A DNA stretch of 64,000 nt from the human T2T-CHM13v2.0 reference genome, Homo sapiens: assembly GCF_009914755.1 (NCBI RefSeq), contig NC_060929.1. The stretch is one strand, 5' to 3'. Below, one piece after another: positions 37,900 through 50,445 of this stretch (its first letter is position 1; the number at the start of each line of letters is the position of its first letter). Both the position numbers and the translations under genes were made by a program. A model generated the notes under the pieces. It searched no databases, had not been told where the DNA came from, and saw nothing but the letters and a program-made list of their open reading frames with translations.

Positions 37900-38460
37900 G
37901 CACCACTCTGCTAACTGTCATACCTGCGCTCAGAAAATCTTCCTCCCTCTGCTGACAGTATAGTTTTTCTGTCTCTCTCAGGATATAACCTTGAATTTGT
38001 TCCACAGTTTTGAAATGTGATTTATATAATTTATTAAGATCATTTTGAATTCTAGATCTAGCATTCCAAGTGTTTGTAACTCCTGTTAGCTTAGTGTAAT
38101 CTCCAAACTTAATCAGTATGCCTTTAATTCCGTCACCCAGGAAATAATGAAAAACGCAGAATGGAATCTAACACAGGCACCAGGACTGAATCCTGAATAT
38201 CTCCAATCAACAGGCCCCTATTGGCTTATGGTAAAGACTTTGGGGGTAATCTAAAAAAAAAAAAAAAATACACTTAACTAATTGTGATAGGCTCTAGTTA
38301 GACAAAATCTTATTTAGTGATAAAGAGTAGCAACTTATGGGGCTGAATTAATGTGATACTAAATTGATAACAATTCCATCCGTTGCTTTCCTTTAGCCTG
38401 TGTAAGTTAATACTTCATCACAGAAAAAAATTATACCATTTTGGGTAGATTTGCTATTTG
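37900..38460 (-). mobile_element. L3/CR1 remnant, RT core
   Basis: Minus strand about 38195-38030 reads QDSVLVPVL ... GILIKFGDYTKLTGVTNTWNARSRIQNDLNKL, compared with CR1 QGSVLGPVLF ... LIKFADDTKLGG..N..EDR..IQ.DL.KL. Confidence 0.8.
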
Positions 38461-40215
38461 CAAGGCAGAAAGTAAAATTATAACCAAGGTTTTGCAAAGG
38501 GTGATCTTTACTACACTGTTTCTTGTCACTGTGGAACTTTTAAAAGATCAGTAATCTAATAGTTTTAAAAATGTAAAATTACATTACATTAAAATGTAAA
38601 AGAATGTTTAAGTCAATATAAGAAGTTAAAGATAGAGACCTCATCAATCTAGGTGACTGTGATAGTCAACAACGTACGTACTGAGTAACTGCATAGAGAG
38701 GAAAACACTAGTAAAAAATAACTTTATTGTGAAATGCATTCTTCTAAAAAAATTCCTTTACCTTCTAGACTTCAAACTAGATACCCTATTATACAGTTAA
38801 ACAAAAAAGAGTAAGGCAATTATGTCTTAATACTTATAAAGACTTTTTTCACTGGCAATTTTTAAGTAGGTAAGTAAATTTAATTTCCACTCAAAAATGT
38901 GATCCAGAGCAATTTCCATCAGACAATATTTCTTTCACCATTGCTGCAGTCTCCAAAGGATCTAAATAACACACCTAGAGACAATTAACAGCAATGCTCT
39001 TAAGGAACAGTGTTCGGTTAATCAACAATATTTATTGACTGAAAATTCAACTGCCATATAGTCTCTTAGTTGATTATTTTCTATTTTTTTTTTAGTTTTA
39101 GGTCCAGTGTTTTCAGATTACTAGGTTGTTTTATGCAACTGCTTATTAGATATTTACAAAACTGCACAGAAATAGGTAAAGGGAGAGTTAATAAAAAATT
39201 ATCTCACTAGACTCAGATTTATGGAATGTTTGATAAAGAGACATCTACTAACAGAAAAAGGAACATGTATCAAAAGAAGAAAAAAATCTGAGCTGTGATG
39301 TTCAGGAAGGAGTTAGTGAACTGACCTTGGAGTTGTATAAACATACAATTCTCCCCATTTAGTTTTCTGCTGGCACATACACTTCTGTCTTCATATAATG
39401 TTAATGCATCATTTATTTATATCAAAAGCCTGCCCTAGACGAGAGTCCTAAAAATATAGTAAGATTATAGTCTTTGTTCTGGGAGTAAAATAACTTGAGA
39501 AAGTTCTCATTCTTAAAATATGTTATTTTATAAAATCAATTCTTAGATACTCAGAGTCTAGTCATTGAGCTATGAATTGCCTATAAATATGCTCGGATAT
39601 GTCTCCTCTTCCTTCCTTTTTTTCATATATTGGCTTTGACTGCTCATTAGCACATCCAGGATAAGACAGGCTGGGTGACACAAATCTACCAATTTAGAAA
39701 ACTTGCCAAAAACTTCTGGAAATTGACTTCTCTACAGTTATCTTATTTTTCATTATATAATGTTCTTAATATATGTTTAATTACTAGGATTAAGTCCAAG
39801 GGCAAGTAAACAGATTACATACAGAAATGTCATAATATGTATTTTCACATCTCACATACCATCAGCTTATAATGTATTTCCATTAAAAGCTATCTGATAT
39901 TTGTTTTTTATTCTATACGGTATTCAAGATTAAAGATGTAGGTGAAATCTTAAAATGAATGTGTTTTTTAAAATGTGTTTTGGCACACTCTATTATATTA
40001 AAAAGTACCTGAAATAAATGTATCATTGTCTGGGATTTAGATAATAAAAATAGTGTGGTTTTCATTGTAATGGCATTAGGATTAGCATAATTTGACTTAT
40101 TAATTGAAATGGGTAGGATGAATTTACTGTTTTCTTCAATAAGACACAAAGAATTCCAGAAAGCAAAAGAAAAAAAGGATGCATGGAATCTAAACCAATC
40201 TACATGTAAATTTGA

Positions 40216-40566
<351 letters not shown>

Positions 40567-41744
40567 TAAAAGTCTGTCTTATGTCTACTGGTTATAAGAA
40601 GTATAAAGAACATTTTAAGTATTACAAAAACAGAAGAATCTAGGATTCCCTATCTGCAACTTTTCATCTCATCCCTGGATTTCCCTCAAACTAACAATTA
40701 CTGAAGTAGGTATAAGAATGTCTGAAATAGGGAGGAAAGAAATTATTTGAATTGTTAGGATTATTTGAAGCTAATAGATAATAATATTCAGTCAACAAAG
40801 AGTTATTGGGTAGATTTGTTAATTTTATATAGACTTAGATAATGGACAAAAAAGAAGAAAAAAGGATCCTACCCTTTCTCACTCAGAGATAAGGAGTCAT
40901 AAACACAAAGACTGAGTGGTGATGATACTGGCAGCAGAAACCTGAAGGCAGGAATTGTCTGCCCATGACTTCTCATGATTGTCTAGTTTAGGCTTGCAGT
41001 TTGACTATTTGGGAATGCCTGTTCTAAACAACAATGAAGAATCAACCATGTGAGATATGAGTAGAAAAAAGGAACACATTTCATTTTTTAAAAATGCTTT
41101 AATGACATTATTTTTTCCTCCTGCTTTTTGGGACATTTCATGTTATAGAATCAATTGGATTAAAAAAAGAAAAGACAATAACATATATAACAGACTTCAA
41201 TATATTAATAAACAGTGTTTAAGGTCTCAAGCCATATAAGCTAGAGATAAAAGATGGCTGATTCTAGTCTCACAGGAGTTGAGGGAGAATTATAAGTATT
41301 AGAATATACTAAGACAATGAGATACATTTTAAATCCCATTCACTTTCACTCCCTTCTCTCTTTCCAAGCTCATATATGATTGGGTTGGCTTGGGACTGGA
41401 GAATAGGGTTGGGAATATCTGCTATTTAAGTACCAAATTAAAACTAAAAATATGCTTATCGCTTGCCACTATTATGGGGCAAAAAATATCTAGTTGGGTA
41501 TAGGCAAGCAGGAGCTAAGTTTTATTCATGTATTATACTAAGTTATTCATTGGAGATAACTCTTCCTGAGAGGGTTAACAAAGAACTGTTTAGTTTAGGG
41601 TCTAGTAAACTGCACATGTTCCAATTTTTTTTAAATGAGAAGCAATTGTGGTTATCTCTGAGTTATCATTTATTTTGTTTATGGGTTTTCATTTATTTTC
41701 TTTGTAATTTTCTGTATTTTCCAAATGATAAGGAACACACACAC

Positions 41745-41930
41745 ACGTAATTTAATGAGTGCCCTACTATAATGCTAGGAACTTTACATTTATTATTGCT
41801 AAACTTTCAACAATCTTGCAAGGTTGGTATTATTACTCCTACTTTACAGAGAAAAAACTGGGGCTCGGAAAAGGTTAGTCTTGCTTAAGTTCACACATAG
41901 ATAATTGTCAGAGGCAAGACTGTTTTCAAG
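41745..41930 (-). mobile_element. MIR SINE
   Basis: GGTATTATTACTCCTACTTTACAGAGAAAAAACTGGGGCTC..CTTGCTTAAGTTCACA. Confidence 0.75.
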
Positions 41931-42385
41931 AAAAATGCTAATGAACAGAGATGGGCTGTTTATTATTGTTGCTGTGAGGGGCATATATGGGTCTTGGGTA
42001 TAATCTTGGCATTCTTTACAGTCACTGCCTGAGAGTCTTCACCTGAAATCTATGGACTTTCAATGGATTGGCTCCAGGCAAACACGATGAACACAATCTA
42101 CATGAACATACATAATGTACACTTCTCTGGGCAGGAAGTTCATAACTTTCATCAGATAATGACTAGATAAAGTGCTTGTTCAAGAAACCCGGCACATAGT
42201 TTGTTCTTTGAATAAACATAAATAACATTTCTTGTATGGCTGGATTCATTAAAGGCATGAACGTGGTTAAAGGAGGGGCTGGGAGGATGGGAAGTGAAAG
42301 GCAGAAATCAGCTGCAGCTCTCTGGGCAGATGTAGGTTAGGAAAGCTAGCTGGAGACCCATGCCTAAGAAGGGAACAGTGGAAGG

Positions 42386-42551
42386 CCATGATCTCTAACT
42401 TTATGAAGCATGATCAGAATCACCTGTAGGGCTTGTTAAAACAGATTGCTGGGCCCCATTCCCAGCATTTCTTATTCAGTCAGCCTGCAGTGGGACCCAG
42501 GAATTTGCATTTCTCAGTGTCCAGGTAATGCTGACACTGCTGGATAGGGAC
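42386..42551. mobile_element. MER5A MITE interrupted by an LTR
   Basis: ATCAGAATCACCTGTAGGGCTTGTTAAAACAGATTGCTGGGCCCCA..GAATTTGCATTTCT. Confidence 0.85.
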
Positions 42552-43330
42552 TGAAACTGCCTTTGCAAAGATTATGACAGTGAGAGAAATCTAACATGGC
42601 TGACTCCATCTTGCTTCTAGCCACACACGCTGGCTGCCTTCACTCATTCCTGGATGTAGGCTAAGCTAATAATGGGAGGAAATTTAGTTTATAGTTTAAC
42701 TTTGAAGCAGGGATGATAACAATCCCTCCCTAAAACTGCTCCCACTCCTTGTTTGGGGGCTGAAACTGCCTTTGTAAAACTAATGAAAGGCCACAAGGTT
42801 AGGATTATGAGAGGGGCCTGAATTCTGCTAAGATATATTTGCAGTTAAATGATATCCAGCCATTGTTCCAGAGCTCATGAGATTTGTAACTTCCCCATTA
42901 CTCCTGTAGATAACATCACTATTGTAGAGCCTAAAATTGACCTTTCGAGATGTTTTTTCAGACTTTTACATTTCTGGCCACTGACTGATTCTACCTGGAC
43001 CTACAACTTGTGATTCAATCTGTCTATGGCCCTGACCCAGAGGCTGACTCAGTGCATGAGGACCATTTTCCACATCCCTATGATTTCATTCCCAACCAAT
43101 CAACATTCCCCATTCCCTACCCCACTGCCCACCAAACTATCCTTGAAAAAACCCCAATCTCCAAGCCTTCGGAGAGACTGGCTGAATATTTGAGATTTAA
43201 GTAATAACTCTGTTGTCTTGCATGTGGCTAGCCTCACGTTAATTAAACTCCTTCTTTACTGCAATACCATGGTCTCAGTGAACTGGTTTTGTTTGTGCAG
43301 GGGGCAGGAAGAATTTGTCAGGAGATTACA
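42552..43330 (+). mobile_element. Solo ERV1 LTR (LTR8A-like)
   Basis: TG...CA termini: TGAAACTGCCTTTGCAAAGATTATGACAGTGAGAGAAATCTAACATGGCTGACTCCATCTTGC ... ATTAAACTC..GGAGATTACA; 4-bp TSD GGAC/GAAC. Confidence 0.9.
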
Positions 43331-43344
43331 GAACCACATATAAG

Positions 43345-43540
43345 GGCTGAAACATAGGCTCTGGTGACAAATGGAGTTTAAATTCTGGGTTTTACCAGAT
43401 GTGGAATCATTGTCAAGTTAACTTCTATCTCAGTTTTCTAACTGTAAAATGGGGATAAATATGTCTTGTGAAGATTAAAAGAGACAATGCATGTGAAACG
43501 GTTACTCCAGTTCCTGACATACATTAAGAGCTCTATAAAC
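43345..43540 (+). mobile_element. MIR SINE
   Basis: TCTCAGTTTTCTAACTGTAAAATGGGGATAA..GTGAAGATTAAAAGAGACAATGCATGTGAA. Confidence 0.8.
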
Positions 43541-43789
43541 TTTATGTATAAGTCAATAAACTTAATAGCTCAATAAGCTTTATACATAAAATATATACAT
43601 GTCTCCTTGGAGTAAACGGAATTATGTAATACTGAAACAATTCCCACAGAATAGGATAATATATTAAATCAAAGCAAGTTGGGTATAATATAGTTTAATC
43701 ATCTTTCAGATAAATAAATCCTGTTCAAATTATTGAGTCAAGCTAATCATATCATTACTATTTCCTTAAAGTTCCAGCATTTCAATCAA

Positions 43790-44070
43790 AGTGGACCCAT
43801 CAATGTTAAGGGAATCCATGGTAACCACACAAAGTAAACATCCACCTACCCATTAGTGCCAGTAATTATTTGGCATTTGTTATGTTAGTTAAATTGCGTA
43901 ATGGTGTGTGAGAAATCAGTTTCTGCTTCCTTGACCCTTTGGAAAGCTGGTTCTCCAAGCCAGCATCCCTTGCTGAGACTCCAGAGTCTGACAGCTGTGA
44001 CTTCCGGCGCTGGTTCTCTCACAAGCCCCCTCTGGAAATGAGGCAGCAAATGTGGTCTTCTCTAAAAAGA
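43790..44070. promoter_or_regulatory. Candidate enhancer (motif cluster in unique sequence)
   Basis: RFX half-site CCATGGTAAC, FOX GTAAACA, C/EBP-PAR ATTGCGTAAT, TALE/E-box TGACAGCTGT and ETS ACTTCCGG within about 200 bp. Confidence 0.4.
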
Positions 44071-44811
44071 GTATGAATCTATTATAGGGGCTTGATTATT
44101 GGTAAGGACCATTTCTATTACGGGGCTAACATCTAACTAGGACTTTTATTGTTTATTTGAACAAATATTCATCATGAACCCTGAGTGATCCTTCAGAGAA
44201 CATCAATTTTAGATGCATGTGATACAACAAAACAAACTGAAAGGTTTATTTTCATGCCTTTAGATTTCAAGAAATATATCCTGTTTACTTAAAGTATATG
44301 AAGAAAAGGAAAAGAGATTTAAGAAATAAATAAATAATCCTTAACAATAATGGTTTCTAAATATAAATGCATCTGGTATGCTCTGACAAATCTTTAAATT
44401 TGATCCTTTTTTGTTGGTGAAAGAAATAGTCATTTATTTGAAATAGACCAAGAAGTGTCACTTGACCACATGCGTGAACCTATGTAGGATGTGGCTTTCG
44501 AATGAGCTAAAAAGACCTTAAACTGCATTATCAGAAATTTTTAAAGGGAGAGAGCTTCCAGTTTCATTTTGCAGAAGCTAGGCAGAGAAAAAACTACAGC
44601 TAAAGTAAAGTGGCAAGGCACCTAGAATGGTGAAAATCTTATTATGAACAAAATGATAAAAGGACTTGATGAAGCTTGGCCTATAAGAGAAAAGACAGAA
44701 AGGGGATAAAATAATCATCTTTCTATTTAAAGAGTTGTCATGACTACCCTTCAATTAACTTAATCCTACAGGTATTACAGATCTAAAACCACCCACAAAT
44801 TTTACTTAATA

Positions 44812-45045
44812 TTTTTTTTTTCTTTTTTTGAGACAGGGTCTCCTGGGCTCAAGCAATCTTCCCACCACAGCCCAGCTGGGACTACAAGCTCATGCCACCA
44901 TGCCCAGCTAATTTTTGTATTTTTTGTAGAGACAGGGTTTCACCATGTTGCCCAGGTTGGTCTTGAACTCCTGGGCTCAAGTAATCCACCGACCTCGGCT
45001 TCCCAAAGTGCTGAGATTACAGGCGTTGAGCCACCATGACTGGCC
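44812..45045 (-). mobile_element. AluJ with internal deletion in the right arm
   Basis: GAGACAGGGTCTC joined directly to CTGGGCTCAAGCAATC; left arm GAACTCCTGGGCTCAAG is J-type. Confidence 0.9.
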
Positions 45046-45050
45046 AATAA

Positions 45051-45390
<340 letters not shown>

Positions 45391-47659
45391 AAAATAATAT
45401 TTTTTAACACAACAGCTATTTACTACATCTCCTTAGTACGATATCCTGTATTAAATTCTGGGAGGTATACAAAAGTGAGTAAGTGCTTCTTAGTCATTAG
45501 GGAGCTTATAATTCATAGAGAAGATGAGACACAACTGTGAGGGAAAATGGGAGGGCATCTGAGACACAGGCAACGTCACAGAAACTGGGCTGAGGGTAGA
45601 CACTAAAGGGAGAGTGAGGAGGAGTTCAGCATGGCTTGAGCAGGAGTCCATGCTAGAAAGAAGTTGGAGATAACGCTAAGTACATGGAGAACCAGGGGTG
45701 AAAATGAATCCTATGGACTGGATCCTGTTCAAAGCTAAAGGCCTTGTAAGTCAGAATTCTGGTATCAGCCTAACATTTTCTTCTTTACTGTTTCTGCACA
45801 TCTGTGCTGGTCACGGATATGCCTAGGAGGATGTTTACATGGAGTGACCACAACTGTGGGTCAGTGCTCCTCTCCATTTCCACAGCATACAGATTTTGCT
45901 AGGGGAGTAGCCCCTTATTGGAGCAGAACGGAAAGAGCAGAGGTGGGAAGCTACTCAGTCAGGACAGGCAATGGTGTAGGAAGGACTGACGAGGTCATCA
46001 TCACCCACCCACTCCATTCCGCTTTGAGTGTCCCACTGGTCTAACGGAACACTTCTCCGTTCTGCCCAGAAGAAAGCATTTTCTCTTTAAAGAAATCTCA
46101 GTTGGCTTTCGCAGTATCTGTTTTAAAATCTAACAAATTATGGCACCAGGGCAGGGAACATTATAGAAAAAAAACATTCTCCTTGATATTCTTGCCAGCA
46201 TGCGGAGGGGAGAAAAACCAATGAACAAACACAGTAAGTAAAAACAGCATTGATTCTAGAGCCACATCTACCTGAATTTTTTACCCCACCATGCTGATTT
46301 ACCTTTTCTACCACTTCCCTTCATTACGACTGAAAACACAATGCCTCCCTATGGATAAAACCATGAATGTAACTTTATTACAGAAAAATGTACAAAGAGG
46401 TCTAAACTAAGGCTGATTGTGAAAAATATTATACATGATTGCTAGTTCACTGTGCAGCATTTCTAATATAATACGGAGTCTCAAAGAGTAGGGACCTAAC
46501 TATGAATATAATGATAGCTTAATGAGGGCAATTTCATATAATATCTTAAGGTTAAAAAAGAGGCAAAGATGAATATTAAGCACAAAGGTAAAAGATATTT
46601 GAATATACAGTACTCTCCACTTAAAGTAAAAGAGAGTCTTGTCTTTAGTACATAAATAAATTTTCTTTCACTTGTAAACTGAAAGCTTAAAAGGATAACT
46701 GTACTTTAAGGTACATCAGGCATACTTTATAGGATTACAGTACTGGGCCATCAATATTGACCTTATCTACACAAAAGGCTTTTATATTAGGATGTCAAGG
46801 AAATGTACCAGGTTCATTTAAAAAATCCTTCAATATTCAGTAACAGAACTATGAAGTGAGTACTCTTTGCTTTATGAGGCTTTTCTCAATGCTTTAAAAA
46901 AAAAACAAAAAAAACCACATAGCAATGAACTTGCTATAAAAATAACAATGATATTTCAGAACAAAACTTTCCGCTACTGAGAACCAGAGGAAAAACATGC
47001 AACCATTTGCTAAAGGTGCTGCTTAGCTACACTTCATTTATGGAGATTTTAGGTTAATTGATAGGACACACAGCCAAGAGTTCTATAAACCATTTTACTG
47101 AGCATACATCCTGATTATAATGTCATGTTAAGAAATGGAGTGCAATCTGTCTTCATGTCATATTTAATAGATTTCTAGTAAATAGCCCAGAAGTGCTCCT
47201 TCTAACAGGTGATGAATTATATTAATGCCCTGTTGTACTTTCATAATTAAGGGTCTGGCAGCACTTCCATTATAATCAAGACTTGAGATTGGAAACAAAA
47301 GGAGTGGTTTCCATGTTTCCTGGCTCTGACTACAGTGCTCCTCCCATGCCCCACTGTTACGTTTGGCCATGGGGACCACACCTAGAAGGCTGTTCTCAGA
47401 AATAAAAGCTGGGGAGTTCGCTAAGATTTTCTTAGCAGTCCATTATCAAGTCATTCCTTTTTTTTTCCCTGGTTTTGTAGCCCCTTCAGTCAGCCTCTGC
47501 TTCTCCCCTTTCTTATTAATTCATACAAGTCCTATTCTCTTCATCTGGCCTAGACCTGACGACTTTTCTTTGATGCTATTTGCTTACCCAGATGGGGTGT
47601 TGCCCTGCTGTTTCCTCCAAATGAAACCTGACTGCCCAGTGTCTGAGTTGCATGCTGTC

Positions 47660-47943
47660 AGTTTTTGTTTTGTTTGAGATAAGAGTCTCACTACGTCGCA
47701 GGATCATAGCTCACTGCAGCCTCAATCTCCCAAGCTCAAGTGATCTTCCTGCCTTGGCGTCCTGAGTAGCTGGGACTACAGGCACGCGCCACTATGCCCA
47801 GCTAATTTTTTTTTTTTCTTAGTAGAGACAAGGTCTTGCTATGTTGCCCAGGCTGGTCCCAAACTCCTGAGCTCAAGTGATCCTCCCATCTCAGCCTCCC
47901 AAAGTGTTGAGATAACAGGCATGAGCCACTGGGCCCACCCAGC
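47660..47943 (-). mobile_element. AluJ with a small internal deletion
   Basis: GATCATAGCTCACTGCAGCCTC..; GGTCTTGCTATGTTGCCCAGGCTGG..CTCCTGAGCTCAAGTGATCCTCCC. Confidence 0.9.
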
Positions 47944-50264
47944 ATTCTTTGTCTTTTGCATAACAAGGAATGAACTTCATAAAAAAAAAAATACTGAGAT
48001 AGCAAAGAGAGAGGGGGATATTGTTGATGTGGAACTTCCCTCCACAAAACAGAGAGAAATTTACCAGAAAATTCAGAGAATAAAACCATATCCTCTCGGG
48101 TCCATCCCAAAGAAGTGCTTCTAGTGGTAAGAAAGTCAGAACACCTAAGCCAGGACAGAAGGGCAAAGTCCGGAGAGGACTGGAAACTGGCATCTTTGCT
48201 GTATTCCCCAAATTATTTTGGGTAGATGCATCATACTTCACCTGCATTAACAACACATCATAAATAGAAATGGAAGAGACTAGGCATGGCAGGGAATAAT
48301 AGAGGGAGGGAGACAGGAAGAACAGGAGGACACAGTGAGAACAAAGGTGGGGAGGGTATCCTGGATTGGTTTTACGTGTTTTGCAGTGAAGAAAAATAAT
48401 TGACGCCCAGAAAACAAAAGAAAAAAAAAGAAAATGGGGTCGCCAAGTCTGCTCCTCAAACATAAGTGATTTTTATAAGTCTTCTTGTATCTGTAAATTC
48501 TTTATATTCTATTAATTTCTATCACAGGCAGACTATCTAGTGAGCAAGCTCGGCCTTGGGGATTTCTACTGGTAAGGTTTTTTATTCTCAGCTTTTTTCC
48601 TTATGAGCTGGTGGCATCAAATTGGACAAGTTATATAGAGGTAATATTAGTAACTTCCCACAGCTGTTATAAAGGTAAGCTCAGGTATTTAAAAAACTTC
48701 AAAGAGTCACAGTCCCATTTCCCTCTCCCTAAACTTTCAAGCTATTAAATTATGTTAATTTGTAACATAAATTGTACTTCATTTTTACAAAATTCATACA
48801 GAGTATATTACTATTAACAAGTGAGCACATATTGTTGGAATGACAGTATTAAAAAAGGTCTAGTCTCTCATGCTGATGCTGATGAGGTCCTCAAGGTTAC
48901 TTGGGATCTAGTTCCAGGGTATAGCAAGCCAGCCACACAACTTCAGTTCCCAGATGCCTGTGAGTTCCTGGTACCTACTTGCTATAGCATACACAGCATC
49001 CTTCTAATGTCCTCTCCCTTTACTTGCTCAAACCCACGCACGCCTTTGTTTCTTGAAACCAAAATAGAATGAAACCATTGAAGCAAAGTCAAATAAAAAT
49101 TAAAAATGGCTATCATGCCATCTAAATTCCTACTTGTTTTGCACTGGCATTATATGACCACAGAGGAAAAAATAATTTGTTATGCTTTTAAGATAGATCA
49201 GATATACTTAAATATTGAGAAATACTATTAAATACTGAGAATACTAGAAAATATTCAGAAAGCTATCATTCATTTTGGCACACAATAAGGATATTGTGCA
49301 TAGAATCCTTATATGTGCATTTTGGGGCAAAAAGGACAAGAGTATTTTTGTTGCTGAAGTTGTGTATACTTTTCTAGAGTGAAAACTTTATACCTACCTT
49401 TTGTAGAAAATCAGAATGAATTAGTATGGTGTATACAATAACCTACTATGTCATTGTGCCAGAAGTTTGACCAATTCCTTTTCATGGAAGTTTGAAAATG
49501 TCAAGTTCATTTTTAAACCCATGGCTAGTTTCATCTAGTTTAAACCAAAAGTGACAAAATAGGAACTGACTGGAGGGAAAATTCTGCAATCCACTGTTCT
49601 TAACATTTGATAATCCATGTGAAGCAGGTTTACCACAAACTGCTGTGACAGAACAAAGATGACAGATAAACTCCTGTGACCAAATTAATTGGAAATAGAT
49701 GCCTCAGTCTTGTGATCCTATTTCAGTTTTTGAAAGAATTATATGCACCTTCAGAGCATGCCACATCTAAGGATGATTAGTCCTTGTACTGCTGGCATTG
49801 GGCTGATATGGCATGTGGCCAAGTGTCTCAAGAGGAAGCTAAAAGTTCAGTGGAGGTGATGCAGACTGTGTAGTTATTCCAGGATTACCTTGGAGAACAT
49901 TCTGTCTTTTCTGCTGAAAGCTTGTCAGAGTTTGATATCTATTCTCTCTATGCCTATGATGTGTGTTTTCAGATTGCCCTAAGTGGACCTTCTTAAATTA
50001 GTCTCTTGTTTACTTCATTTTTTTCTACACTGCTGAGAAACATAAAATTACTTTGATCATCTTATCAGGTCATCTATATCCACATACCTTTTCTCACCTT
50101 TGTTATGATCTATATACATCTGAATGATCTCATATTAAACTATGGCAACTACTCCCAAAGGGAACTCTTAATGTTTTCTATTTGTCAAAAAACAATAACA
50201 CCATGCAAGAGGCAAATGGTCAACTATTTATAAATACAAATTGCTAATTTTAAATAAGTCATAA

Positions 50265-50445
50265 TCTCTTTTGGTTTTGCTTCAAAATAATCCAGTGTGT
50301 GGGTAGAAAGTAGGGAAGGTGAGAGTGCAGACGAAACAAGTTTAGCTGTCTATTGGTCACTGTTAAAGCTGGGCTATGTGTACAGGGTTTCATTATAGTC
50401 TTCTGTAGACTATTGTCAATGTTTGAAAAATTACATTATAAAAAC
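50265..50445 (+). mobile_element. L1ME-type 3' end
   Basis: TTTGCTTCAAAATAATCCAG..GAAACAAG..CTGTTAAAGCTGGG..TTCATTATA..ATGTTTGAAAA. Confidence 0.7.

Noticed and set aside
43541-43590. 11-bp inverted repeat TTTATGTATAA / TTATACATAAA
   Set aside because: AT-rich, weak stem at a MIR 3' end; not miRNA-like
45923-46065. 10-bp inverted repeat GCAGAACGGA / TCCGTTCTGC about 120 bp apart
   Set aside because: Too short to exceed chance, with no TSD or extended pairing
47891-48463. 190-aa minus-strand ORF
   Set aside because: It ends in an Alu, has low-complexity composition and no recognisable domain; likely chance
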